Source of the DNA: Paragordius varius
Lineage: Eukaryota; Animalia; Nematomorpha
Reading direction: 5' to 3'
Assembly (NCBI GenBank): GCA_964247055.1
Contig: OZ176056.1
Coordinates: 5,952,001-6,016,000, forward strand
DNA length: 64,000 bases
Part shown: one piece after another, positions 42,111 through 55,936 of the stretch
Numbering within the stretch: the first letter of the stretch is position 1
Layout of the letters: each line of letters begins with the position of its first letter
Program-made: the position numbers and the translations under genes
The notes under the pieces: model-generated
What the model saw: only the letters and a program-made list of their open reading frames with translations
Databases searched by the model: none
Told to the model about the DNA's origin: nothing

Positions 42111-42898
42111 CTTTAAAACAGTTTTTCTGTAAGATTGCGATCCCAGGATCAATATTAGAAATATTTTAATTATATAAATGCGCCTCCGACCGCTGTACTT
42201 TTTCTCTTTCAATCTTGCAATGTAAAAACGAAGTTTTCTATAATAATAGATTTTGAAGCATTATAATTAATTTAACAATGAAATATTGATTGTTAATAAA
42301 AGTCAAGTATACTATATTTGAAAAATATTGGCTCCAGGGTTATACTCCACTCGATGTTAGCTAATGTATTATTTTTTTTAATTACGATAAATGCATGTGT
42401 TTTCCTTTGCTTTAAAATCAAATATGATTATTTTTGTATGAGAGTTGTAACTGCCACTGGATATTAAAACACAAAGCATTGGAAAATTATTATAAAGTTT
42501 AATACATTCTTGGAGTTATTATTCTAATATTTGTGTATTAAATCGGAACTATTCTTGATGATGTTATATACCAGGGGTGAACGTTAGTCCGCGGTCGACT
42601 TCATGACCGCCTGAAATTTACAAAAAATGGAAAAAATATTTTTGTAGAGAATTTATTTCCGCAAAATTATAATTTATTTTTAATTTATTTTTATTTTGTG
42701 TTTAAAAATTTACTTGTTAATAAAAAATATATATAACTACGTTAATTTATTATTTTATTAATAGTAAATTTATTATATATATTTAATCAAACTTTATATC
42801 ATTTGTGATTTCCTTAGAAAATATTAGTATAATTAAAACTTTAAGTCAGAAAAATGTTAAGTATTGATATGGAAATGAATGGAAAGATTATTTTTTAA

Positions 42899-44908
42899 TC
42901 TATATATCTAAAATTGAAAATGCTGGCTTTGTGATCTATGGCGAAAAAATTAATCATTGATGGATGGCCCGGCTTAGCCCTTTTTATAAATTAGGTTCCC
43001 AGTTCGGGCCCACTCCGTGTAAAAAACGGTTTTTTTCGAAACATAAGTCCAAAAAATCATGTCTTTGCGACAATTTTCCAGAAAACATGTTGGATCATTC
43101 GATTTAAAATATAATTTTTTGCTCATTTTCGATTGGGCCCAACGTCGGCTCGCTTTTTTAATTTAGGACTCTTTTTTACCCGCTCCCCCCCGTAAATGCC
43201 ATTTTTTTCAAAAAAATTTAGTCCATAAAAATAATTTTTTAAAATCAATTTTTGCACAAGGTAAGATCGTAAATCAATACATTCTCTGTTAAAAGGCAAG
43301 AGTTTTATTCGAGCGTTTCTTTTTTATTGGTTGCCGGGTAAGGAGATACCCGCTAAAAACATTCCCGTCATATCGAAATAGCGTGTCTTTACGGCTAAAA
43401 TTTTGAACACCTATCAGGCCATATGAGTTCAATAGGTGCTTATGATAACAAGACAAATATTTAGCGTGTGGTTTTTTAAAATTAGCCGTTAATTGAGCCC
43501 TTTACGCCCTAAAAAATGCGCCACCATATAATGATTTTGCAGTTCTGAGTCAATTTTTTCAAAAATTATGAGACCATATGAAATCAATCATATTTCCAGG
43601 TATTCTCCGTAAGCGCTTTTTATCAGCCTATGAGTAGGGAGCTACCCGCCTAAAACTTTGGCTACCAGGAAATTCTGTTGTATACGAGTTAATTTTCAGA
43701 AAACCCATCAGGCCATATAAGTTTAATAAGGGCCTGAAATATTACCCGTAAAAAGGCAAATATTTAGATCGGGCGTTTTTTAAAATTAGCCGTTAATTTG
43801 GCTTTTTACGCCCTAAAAAAGGGTATCATATAGTTTTGAAGCCATTTTTCCAAAAACTATTAAGAACATATGGAATGAATGATGATTCAGGTATTTTCGG
43901 AATTTTTTTTATCGATTGTTTTTTATATTGGCCACTAGGTAGGGGGCTACTTGCCTACAACTGCGCCACCATATCGATACAGCGTGATTTTGGAGGCAAA
44001 AAAGCTTATCAGGCCATATGAGTACAATAAGGGTGAAATATTATCCATAAAAAGGCAAAAATTTAAGTAGAGCCTTTATTATACCCCTTAATTAGACCCT
44101 TGCCCTGAAAAATGCGCCCTCATAGAACGTTAATTTTTAAGCAATTTTTCGAAACGAGAGCATTTGGAATAAATCATGAATCCATGTATTACCGGAATTA
44201 AAGCAAAAATTTCAATCAATACCCGCGTAAAACTGCGTCATATCGAAGCCTTTTTAGCCAAATTTTAGAAAACCTATACTTATAGGAACGTATGGAATCC
44301 ATGATATTTCCAGATAATCCCCATATAAAGGCAAAAACTTTGCCCAACGCTTTTTTATACCTGCCCCTGTGTAGAAGAAACCGCCAAAAACTGCCCCACT
44401 ATTAGAAATTGCGTTGTTTTGGATCTAATTTACAGAAAACTTATGTAGCCATAAGAGTTCATTAAAAGCTTGAAATATTTAATAGCCGTTAATTTAGGGC
44501 CTTTATGCCCTAAAAATACGCCATCATATAATGATTATTTAGGGTTGAGGTATTTCGCATAGTCTCTTAGACGATGGTATCAAAATTGATCCAAATATTT
44601 TCCTTATAAAGGCAAAGAATATAACCCAGCGCTTTTCCATATGGGTCTATGGGTAGGAGTCAACCGGTTTATAACTGAGACGCCATACAATAACTGCGTA
44701 GATGTGGAGAATTTTCTAAAACTTAAAAGGGAATATGATTTCAGTTAAACACCTTTCGTGTAAATTCTTATAATATCATAAATCTTAAAATAAATCCAAA
44801 AACCCTTAAAAGAATAATTAAAGACATTCGTTTTATTAAATATGTTTTTTTAATATTTTTTTATCTCCATAACCACTAATTGCAATCAGCGAAGCTTGAC
44901 AGGGCTAG
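42899..44908 (+). mobile_element. Full-length non-autonomous Helitron (~2.0 kb)
   Basis: Inserted between A and T: A|TCTATATATCTAAAATTG...CAGCGAAGCTTGACAGGGCTAG|T; no TSD or TIR; internal ~300-bp tandem units; no ORF. Confidence 0.8.
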
Positions 44909-45849
44909 TAATGCATATAATTGTATTTGTTTAATATGATACTCCATCGTGGCCTTGCCCTAAAAAACATATGTGACGTCTTAATACGCTTATGAACTAT
45001 CAAAAATACACAGATATTTGCAAATTAAAAAAATCTATTGTAGGAGCAAGAAACACAGCAAAAATTAAAAAAAAATATAATTGCAAATTACCGGATATCA
45101 GAAATCGATTAAAAACAACAAATGTCTTTAGGACGAATTCGTAAAGACGCTTTGATTAATCTGAATGTATGAAAATTAAACAAAAAGAACATAATGGAAA
45201 CAAAAGCTTTTCCCTATCTAGAAGCACTACGAAGAGGTGATGATCTAAGAATCTTACCATAATTTTAAATGTAAATCTTGTATATTTTTGGCCTCAATTA
45301 AAAAGTCTACCGATTACGTTGGAATTCCAAATTTATGGGTTTTTATTGGCATGATCTTCCACGACAACCTTTTAACTAAGTAACAAAACTGCAGCGCGAC
45401 ATTCTTTTCGATTTAATGGAATTTCCAGTTAAAACCTGGTACGCCATAACATAAAATCTGGCAAAAATATTTGCCAAGTGCTACAAATCCATTTTTTACT
45501 TCAATATCTAAAATCCGTCGCAATATGTACAGTTAATTATCTATTTTGTAATTTATTATATAATGTTAATGTTTTAGTATATGTACTGATTGTGGCAACC
45601 AGTGCTCTTCTGAACCAACTAGTTATGTATTTTAATAATAACATTAATAGGTCAAAAATAGCTAGTCACCTCAATCTGTAAATAGAGATCTATATATTTG
45701 TATCATTTGTGGTTAAGTGATAAATGAATTTTGCTTAAAATCATATCGCGTGAAATTTTCTAGCAAAAAATTAGCCCGGGGAGTTAATCCCCTCTGTTTA
45801 CAATATATCCAATTCAGATGACCGTTTACTAATCCCCCCCCCCCAAAAA

Positions 45850-47302
45850 AAAAATGACTAATAAAATGGTTTCACTTTTTTATTTGATAAATTCCATAAA
45901 AGAAATCAAATTGAATAAAAAAACATTTACTTTCTCAACATGTACTCGACGCATTGAAGATTTTAAATATATTTTCAACAATACTTTATTGGAACTGAAA
46001 AATTACAAATATTTTAGTATTTTTATTGTTTCTAGACTGATAATGGTTCAGCATCTCAACGTGCGCTCTTCGTGAGATTTATATATATATATATATTGTA
46101 TATGAAAAAATTGGTTTCGATCTCGACAGATGACTCTATGACTGATAAAAAGGATTTATTCATATTTTGAAAAACAAATATAATTGGCTAAATATTTATC
46201 CTTTCACAGCTTTCATCAGCAGAACTTGGTTTCGCATGTACAAGATGAATCACCCAATTTAATAATTAAAACGGTTGTGGATATAGTTAACCGCATCCAT
46301 GGCAAAGAAATCAACCGCGGTAACATAAACCTTCTGAAAGATATCACAGTGAATTTGATTATATTCTTTTATACACCGCTGTGAGATGGCTAAGTTTTAG
46401 CAAAGTATTAAGATTTTTTATTTTAAAACATGAAATTCGATTTACGGTAACGGAAAGTTTGACAAATTAATAGTCACAAATGAGTTTTATTAGCCTACTT
46501 TTGCGACATTGCTTTTAAACTTTGTATTTTTAATATAAGTCCTCAAGAGAGAAAAATAATAACCCAATTTGCTAATCAAATATTAGCTTTTAAAGAAAAA
46601 TAAATGATATATAAAAAAGATTTAAAAAATAAGTATTTATGAAGAAAATAAGCGCGGAAATAATAGACAATTATTCATTTTGATCATGAGACAAAACTCA
46701 GATTTGAGAATTAAGAAATATTAAAAAATGCTTTAAACTCGTTGAGAATCCATGGTATATGGATACATCCAATATTATGCAACTGGATCATTTTTATCGT
46801 AACATTAAGTCGTATATTTTGGATATGATTCCAATTTTGAGGCTATGTTCAAGGAGAATCGTAGAGAAGAAAAGTATGTAGAGTTTTGGCAAGATCTGCC
46901 AAATAAATATGAATATAAAATGTGCTCAAGTTATCCTAACTGTTTTTCCCTCAACTCACACGTGTGCGGCATATTAAAAATGAAGTATGCCAAGAATATA
47001 CACAGAAATCGCTTAACCGATGATCATATGAACGACGTGTTAAAATTGGCCGTCATGAGACGAAATCAAATTTGTCAAAAACTATTGGTTAATATCAAAA
47101 TAGATGTTCTAAAATATTTTAATTTTTTAAACAAAATGGTGCAAACCGAGTTTTTAGCAGGATGCGATCCGCAAAAAATTGTGCTGATTTAGATAAATAT
47201 TTTCATAAAATAGCTATGGAATATTTGCCATTATAAGGTTAATGGCCCTCATATATAAATATATTTTATTTGGCCCGTCAAATTTTTTGGTGATTACCTC
47301 TG
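45850..47302 (+). mobile_element. hAT (Buster/SPIN-like) remnant, copy 3, one terminus retained
   Basis: Transposase remnants TRRIEDF..IFNNTLLELKNYKYFSI and KMKYAKNIHRNRLTDDH; terminus ...TTTGGTGATTACCTCTG at 47302 is the reverse complement of the copy 1/2 left end. Confidence 0.78.
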
Positions 47303-47799
47303 CTCTAAAATGACTACGAGTCGTTATAAACTTTATAATACCATAATTATATGTCCATCAGAGGATATTAAGGGTTTTGTGAATGAGTTTTGCCCCAGGA
47401 AATTTTATGAGAGCTTTAACATTATATTAACTTTGAAAATTATAACGGTTATTAATTCGGTGAAAAGGTTGTCCCAAAATAGACGTCTCCTAATTTTTTT
47501 ACATAATGTTGTATCATGAGCAAGATCTATGTATTTGTTGCGCTAGTATCTCTAGCATTGTTTTTGCAGGTATTCTTGATAGAGTCTACTCAATTTATAA
47601 ATTAACACCTTAAATCATGCGTATTAAATTCTATAAAAGAAAAAAACTGTGTTTACTTTGATAAACAAGTCAGGTATGAATATTTATTTAAAAAATCATT
47701 ATTGAAGTCTCTGTTCATAAACATATATAATTATCTATTCATATTAATTATATATATAAAATTAAAATAGATGAGATGTATTGATATAAAATACAAACA

Positions 47800-47886
47800 T
47801 TATTCGTGATAATTTTGATATTGACTTTTATAAGGTTCCAGGACCGGATGCCAATTATGGGACGGTTTCAAAGAATTGCATATTTT
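47800..47886 (-). CDS. Gene A exon 14 (C-terminus)
   Basis: [28 protein letters not shown]; carries an SLC6-type P...W.P tail motif and is homologous to the paralog B last exon at 487-567. Confidence 0.82.
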   Translation of the reverse strand, partial: KICNSLKPSHNWHPVLEPYKSQYQNYHE

Positions 47887-48143
47887 CTACAAATATTAAA
47901 AAGTATTGATCATGTAATAAAAATTATATAACCCATATACAATAATAAAATTTTTTTTAACCTTTGACGTTTTATGTGCCAAAAATATAATTTTATGAAA
48001 ATAAAAAATAAACCTAGTTATCTCATAAAATCTTTAATAAGGTTAAAGACTTTTTATCAGATTTTTTATTTTTTTTTGATTATTATAAACTATAAATTGG
48101 TAGTAAAATTTAAAGTCTCTTTTTAGAAGTAAAAACCGTATAG

Positions 48144-48182
<39 letters not shown>

Positions 48183-51100
48183 TATTAAAAAGGTGTAATT
48201 CAAAAACTATGGCTTTATTTCTTTGCGGCTATTCGTATAAGAAAGGTTGTCTTTAAATAATAATTTACATATAAAATACAATGTAGATACGCAAAGATCC
48301 AACTTTTTATTAAAAAAGCATCTATAATTTTTATACATTTATAAAATAATGATTTTAACATTTAACATTGATTATGTTATCAATCTGACACCCGTCATGA
48401 TAAACTTTTATAATACATAATGCCTATTTAATTAAATACTTATGCTGATCATACATTTTTCTGTTATTTAAATAAGTCTTAGAAGTTATTTAAAGAACCC
48501 CTTACCTTACCACAAACTTACAAGTTTAATGGTATTATGGGATCCGCATAATGAGCCAAAAAATATTAATAAAAAATCTTCTCTTCAAATGCTGAGATAT
48601 GTTAATTTCAAAAAATTTTCTATACTTTTGAAAAAAGGGTGTGAGGCAGTAATTTACCTATGCATCTAAGCCACATTCAGGGTCACTATAAGGGTTGGGT
48701 GATCTACTGATTAATACCATTTCCCAGTAAAAATAAACGTTTTTTTTCAGTCAATCAAAAATTTTCCCAGTCAATCAAAACGTTTTCCTAGTCAATCGAA
48801 ACGTTTTCTCAGTTAATCAAAACGTTTTTTCAGATAATCGAAACATTTTTAGTCAATAAAAACAATTTCCCAATCAATAAAAACATCCAGACAAAAACGG
48901 TTTTATTTTTGGTAATAAATATCAAAACAAGAATATAAAAGTAAGTTTTAACCATTATCAGCGTAATATTAGAATATTATTTTATATAACACACTTATTG
49001 AATGACAATTTTTTCAAGTATAAGTGCAAATCATTTATGGCTTATTCTTTAAATGTTATATTTTTGGAATTTGAGTTAAGATAATATTTTTTATTTTATC
49101 GATGGTTCGCATTAATATATGCGGTTATCTTAGATAAATCTATAGTTACGGATGAAATAATAAATTTATAAAAATATACGATTTTTATAAGGTCATTTAA
49201 CACGTAAACTTTACGCTAATTTTATAATATTTATCATTTGGTCAATCAAACGCCCAGGCAATTTTTCTGAACGAGTATATTAAATTGGTAACGAATTAAA
49301 AAAATTGTTATATTGTGTTTGTATTTTACAGTCTTATGTCTAATCGAAAAATTAATTGAATGCATGTATATAATTCAAATAAGGAACGCTGTGCTTAAAA
49401 ATGCGGCCCGTGAAGCCATTTAGTTGGACACCCTTGTTTTAGTCAAATATCCTTTTTATTAAATATAAAATCAAAAACAATTTTATTAAAAAAATATTTT
49501 GTTCAGATATTTTTTCCGACAGTATTGTTATCGAACTTGAAATGTGTATTGAAGCGTTCCGCAAATATGCCAACCATCGATAAAATAAAAAATATTATCT
49601 TCAAAACATCTCAAATTCCAAAAATATAACTTTTAAAGAATAAGTCATTAATGATTCGGTATGGAATATAATTGAAAAAAATGTCATTCAAATTGTGTTT
49701 TTATAAAAAATGATATCCTAATATTACGCTGATAATGGTTAAAAGTTATTTTATTGTTCTGATATATATCATAAAAAAACAACCGTTTTTATTGACTGGG
49801 AAAACGTTTCGATTGTTTGGGAAAATGTTTCAAATGACTGGGAAAACGTTTATTTTGACTGGGAAATGGTATAAAATCACGGTGTTAAAAAATCGGGGTT
49901 ACTTTGCATAGCACTATTATTTAGTTGTCTTGAAATGATATATAAAAGAGTAATATATTACTTTGAGATACGAATCTCCCATTTTCCCGCTAAACCAAAT
50001 GTGATAAATTGCATATGCAGGGATTGGGATAAGACTGAGACAAGATATGAGCCAACCAACGCTTGTTGCCCATTGGGGGTACGTGTAATCTCCATATTGC
50101 ACAGGTGCATGGAATATTATGTTAAACAAGAGAGCAATCTATAACATTAGTAAATTAACTTTTAATGGGATCAAAAGAAATATTAATATTATGAATGAAG
50201 GCTATGTTTTATTTTTGTTGAATTATGATAATATAGTATAAAACATTTGCTTAATTTTATAATTGGTGGCTATTGCTGAAGGAAGACAATTACATACAAT
50301 TAAAATATTTTGAAAGCCTCATTTTTTAGATTCGACTTAATTTTTTTATCAATAGCCAACACCCATAAAAACTTTGGGATAAAAAAGTGTGCCTTAACCC
50401 ATATAAAAATTACAATGGGGTAAAATATAGAAAGGATTATAATTTGTTTCATAAAATTTAATAGTTTTATAGATTCAGGCATAAAAATTTATTATTTTAC
50501 TATCTAAATTGATATTTCTCAGGCCATTACAAAAAAATGGCAACTATAAGCTATTAAAATTACTTACAATTAACAAAATGGGTATAACATATTTCCAAAG
50601 GAAAATCCATAGTCTTGCAAAAACAACTTTACGATTCATCATAAACTCTACGTCTTTAAGGAATTTGTGAGCTCCTAAAATGCATTCATGGATTTATATA
50701 TAGTCATGTATCCTTTATTTTATCAAAAATTAATTTCTCGTTAAATGGGTATAAATATTTGTAAACGTATGGAAAAAACAAGCGCACTATGGTATTAACA
50801 ATATCATATTTCAGAAGTAAAAGGATTACTATTCTTGTTTTTCCATTCTTTACGAAATATTTATATACATTTAACAAAATAAAATAAATTTTTGATAAAA
50901 TGAAGGATGACTGTAATTTTAATATATAAATTTCATTTGATTCACAATTAAATAAATAAAATTATATATATATTACCATAGATCCAAGAAATAGAAATCG
51001 TTTCAAACAAACAAAAAATCATGACGGAAAGAATGGCCATATACCAATCAAACAATTGAAAAAGTAATATACCACACTAATATAAAAATCAGATATATAA

Positions 51101-54100
51101 TATATCTAACCAATATTTAATCAAAAAGTATATTTTTTTACCCTTAAAAGGTATGGTAATCCCAATAAAAACATTATGATTGAGGCGAAAAAACTGAAGA
51201 GATATCTATGATGCCGATAACGTCTGGGTAGTGCTTCATACATTGCAGTATAAACAACTTCAAGTTGTACAAACTATAAAAATAAAATAACTTTTAATGC
51301 TTTTTTAAAAAATGGTATAATAGGTTTTAAAATAAAATATGTATTAATTGGTAGAATTAACAGAAATCAATAGTTTTATTTGGAGTTTTAAAAAAACAAT
51401 AGGCAAGTGGTTTTAATAACCGACATACACGTGATAAAAAAAACTGCCTCTATTTGACAATTATTTAATATATTCTATAATGATATATAAAAACAGCTTT
51501 TATACATCCCAAACCATACTTTAGTTTAATCAAAAATTTATGGTAAGATACATTTAAGAATTCTGTGTGAATGCAACTAAAAAATAATATGTATTAACTA
51601 ACTATAGTATCGATTCCGACAGCCAGTAACATAGAGAAAAATAGGATAGCCCAAAAATTTGACCATGGCATGTGTAAAAGTGCTTCCGGATACACGATAA
51701 AAGCTAAGCCGACTCCTGTAACATAAAAAAAATGAATAATATATCATTTTTTATCCATAAATAAAGAAACATCTTAGTGATAAGATTAAACAACATTTTT
51801 TGTAATTCGAAGGATAATAAAAACAAGGACAACAAAGTATAATATAAATTAAGTAAATGGTAAAGACGAGTGATCTAAAGAAAAGAATGCTGTTTTATAT
51901 TAAAACAATAATATAACAAAATGAAGACATTTAGATTAAAACAACCTAAAAGCCTAAGGTTAGATAATCAGTTCAAAAATTTGGTAAAAAATAAAAAAAA
52001 TGATATTTTTTTCAAACCGTGTGTAGCAACTTTTTCGATAGGGATTGACAAGATATGTGACATAAATCCAACAAGCGAAAAAACGACTAACCCAGCATAC
52101 ACTGATGTAAAACAGCTTATGGTTGAGACTGTAACACTATCTCTATAAAAATATGTAAAGTTTTAAAATTTTTGTTTAAAAATACTTTTAACAATATTGG
52201 AAGTAAAGGCGTAAGAAAATAAATGTTTTATAAAAAAACTTAAGATATTTTACCAATAAAGGACTAATTAAAATAAGAAATATAACCTAAAATAACAAAT
52301 ATTATTAAGAATATAGCGGTTTGTTGAATTGTTTATATTTATCCATCTATTATAATCACCATATAATTTTAATTAACAGAAATGTTATATATTTAACATA
52401 AAATGGCATTGAAATTTTTTTTAAAAGATATGGTAACCTTAAACAATTATCACGAAATTTATTGTAACTAGCCATAGTTATGAGACCACCCCACCCAGGC
52501 CCGAGGGAGTAAAAGATTTGAGTTGCGGCTTCATTCCAAATCTATATTTTAAATTTCTTTCAATATAATTAAATTCGGAATTTAAATTTTTATATTTTAT
52601 CTTTTATTTTAAAGCAAATAATCTTAAAATAACAATGATATATAAAATTATATCTCATATTTTTTTTCAAACCTTAATGTGTTTGAGTTTGCTCCAATCA
52701 GGTTTGAGAAAAAATAAAATACCCTCCCAGGCTCCAGGTAAAAAGACAGTACGGATCAATAAAGCTGTTAATATTATGTAGGGTAGAGTGGCTGTCACAT
52801 AAACAATCTATCATTTTTTGTAGTAGCAACGGAAAAAATGGATTTTTTACATTATCATTCATTAATTCTTAAAAAAGTTAAAGAATACAATAAAAACTGA
52901 AATTATACGGACAAAACGACAAAAAATATTTTTTAAAAGAGAGCCCTTCTTCTTGATTTATTTCAATATAACCCATTGTTTTAAATGGCATAGTGTGAAA
53001 TAAAGATATATAAGACTAATACAATCAATTCTGTATTTTACATTTGTAAAGTAGTATATAATAAACATTTTGGTTATAAAAAGTATGTTTTAAATAAAAA
53101 TATTTGTCTTTTTCACTTTTTGTCCGTATAATAAATTTTAACTGTAAAACGATTAAACTTTAAAATTAACCCTACAACCTTCAAATTCATCTGCATAAAA
53201 TTTCTAATCCTTTAACATATCAAATGTACAGTAAAAAAATAAGGTATCTATAAATTATATCCTCGTTAAATAAAATTATTTTTGGCATATGTACTAATTT
53301 TTTCATTACCCGAGAATCGTAAATCTTTTATAGTGTGCAAATAGGATTTCTTAGGATTTAACGGTTTTAATCCACTTTTTATATATCATTTATAGAAGGT
53401 AAGTCTAAAATGTTAAAGGTAAATTTATTTTAAGATATGTACCAGCCAAATTTTCATTTGTTTTATATGAGAAAAAAAAGTTAGGTGTGGTTCATAATTC
53501 AATTAACGATATACTTTTCCAGTAGTTTTTATGCCACGCATCAAACAAAAGTACGTTAGGATCCAGGCTAATACAAAACAGCCCAGTAATCGCACGTTGA
53601 AAGAACCCATTTCATGGAGCCCTGATGTGATTTGAATTACGCGATGGCTATAAAATGTAATGTATCGAAAATATATAATCTAAATTTGTTACAATTTTAT
53701 AATGCACACTTTTAAATTCGTTTAAGTAAAAAAAGTTTTTACACAAATGTTATTTAACGATAACAAAACGAAAAATTATTAGTAGGTAAATAAGTGGTCA
53801 AAGGCGTCAACGTAACTCTAAAAAAATTAATTTATGTCTTATAAAATGGAATATAATATAAAAATGTCTTATAAAAGGGTATATAATTGAATTGTTTTTT
53901 TAAAAAATTATAGACATAAAATTTATTATACCGATCTGTATTTTTGCAATGTAAATCGCATAAAAACTTCGATCTCAAAACTTCCCATTTTTAAGTAAAT
54001 ACGTTAAAATAGTAAAATATCACAAGTATTCAAAAAACATTTTCGTGGTTAGGATAAACGCAAAATTAATCATGTTATAAAGAACAACTTTGTTAATATA

Positions 54101-55901
54101 CAGTTGACTATATTTTATTAATATCATTATTATGATCATATGAATCTTTTCATTGGTTAATAAAAATGTAACTAGAAATTAAGGTTTTTATTGTATATAA
54201 AAAACGAGAGGTAAATTACCGTTATTAACAAAAAAATATCATATAAAGTATGAAAATTAAACAGAAAAAATACCAAACTTATTTTATAGAATTTTCTTTT
54301 TCTCTAAGGTCATTATTAGCAAAACCAAGGTAAATAAAAGGTCTCCAAAAATATGTTAAAAACAGTCAAAATGTGGCACTGCAAGTCTTTATGTGTGCAG
54401 CCCTTGAAAATTCAATGATTTGCAAAAACTTGATTGAAAATTCTTGATAACATTGATATATATCCTAAACAATTTCCATGATAGAGTCTACCTATAATTA
54501 GCAAAAACTAGAAAAAGTTTTTGATTGCGTTTAATTTTTCCATATTACGTTTGAAACATAATAAATTATTTATGATGCCCATATATATAATATATTAACC
54601 CGATTTCGGCCATAATTTAATAACTACTTTTACAGATGCACATTACCAACAGTAGTGTAAAGGTAAAAACAACAAGAAATGGCTGAAATCAAACAATTTT
54701 TATATTTTACAAGGTCTTTTAATATGTAATTATGGATTAAAATTGTTTTACATTATACGCTAATGTATTTCTAATTGATCAAAACAAATTGCATAGTGTA
54801 AAGTTAAACACCACAAAAAATATATATATAGCATATCCCTACAAATAATAATATATTTTTGTGTTTTAAACCATTTCCTCGTAGCTAACTACTAATAATA
54901 TAATTTTAAAACATTTAAGTGCGGCATTAGTGCAATAACAATTTAACAATTATGTTTAAAAGCATATATTTTATAAATTTTAAATTTCTACAAATATGGG
55001 AAAACATAAAATTAATGGTTGTGCCAAGGTTTAAAGGTAAAAAGTGTCATAATTTAAAATGTCACATATAATTTTAGAACACATTGCTTTTAGTTTTTCT
55101 AGAGGACAAAACAAAAATTATACATATTTATAGGGTTAATTAATTAATAGAACATTTCATAACATATAATATTTGTTAATAATCTTTGAACATATTTTAT
55201 ACTTTGGTATTATCCTAAAACTGTGCATACTAACTAAAGGAATTAAAAGGGATTTTGGCCTGCGGAAAATAACAAGCTACATGACTCTAATATAACCTCT
55301 CACGATCAATTTGATAACAAATAAAATCTCTTAAAATAGGTAATAAAATTTATGCTGTCCTAACACCTGTCTTATTAAAATTATAATGAAAAACAAAACG
55401 TAACATACTAAAAAAAGACAAAAAGTTTTTTATGAAAAAAACATCCATTTTTGATATAAACTATCGTTTTGGGATTCGTATATAAACATAAATGTAAATT
55501 GGAAATACACACAAACACCAGATATATATTTTACAATTGCAACTACCCGCAAAATATTTTATATAGAAAATATCAAAGTTTCTACTTTCTGGCTCGATTT
55601 AAAAAATCATTTGCACCTTTATTTTAAATTTTTGTCATTCAAAACCTTTAATTTTTATCGCCTTACCTCCAAAATTCGTATGCTGATGAGGTAGATATTT
55701 CATCAAATTTGTACGTTAAATTGGGTTGTAATACTGTTGTTTCATTGTAAGAGTTTAGAAGAAAGTTAGTTAAATTTGAAGTATATCCAGAAATATTATT
55801 ATCATTATTAATATAATTGGACGATAATAAAATATTTAATGTGGATGATTTTATCATAGACGTAGTACTTATATTGTCATATATTGTGGATGAATCTATA
55901 T

Positions 55902-55936
<35 letters not shown>

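Noticed and set aside
45400-45470. FPVKTWYAIT resembling a PIF1/Helitron helicase motif (FP...YA.T..KSQG)
   Set aside because: Only about 10 residues, followed by a stop and no KSQG motif; too weak without a profile search.
46845-47192. 115-aa ORF, and also 6858-7271 and 34401-34694, as host genes such as GTF2IRD2/ZBED-like domesticated genes
   Set aside because: These are fragments of frameshifted hAT transposases lying within TIR-bounded repeats.
47683-47688. AATAAA (minus strand) ~110 nt after the gene A stop as its poly(A) signal
   Set aside because: The hexamer is too common in this AT-rich sequence to call without 3'-end data.
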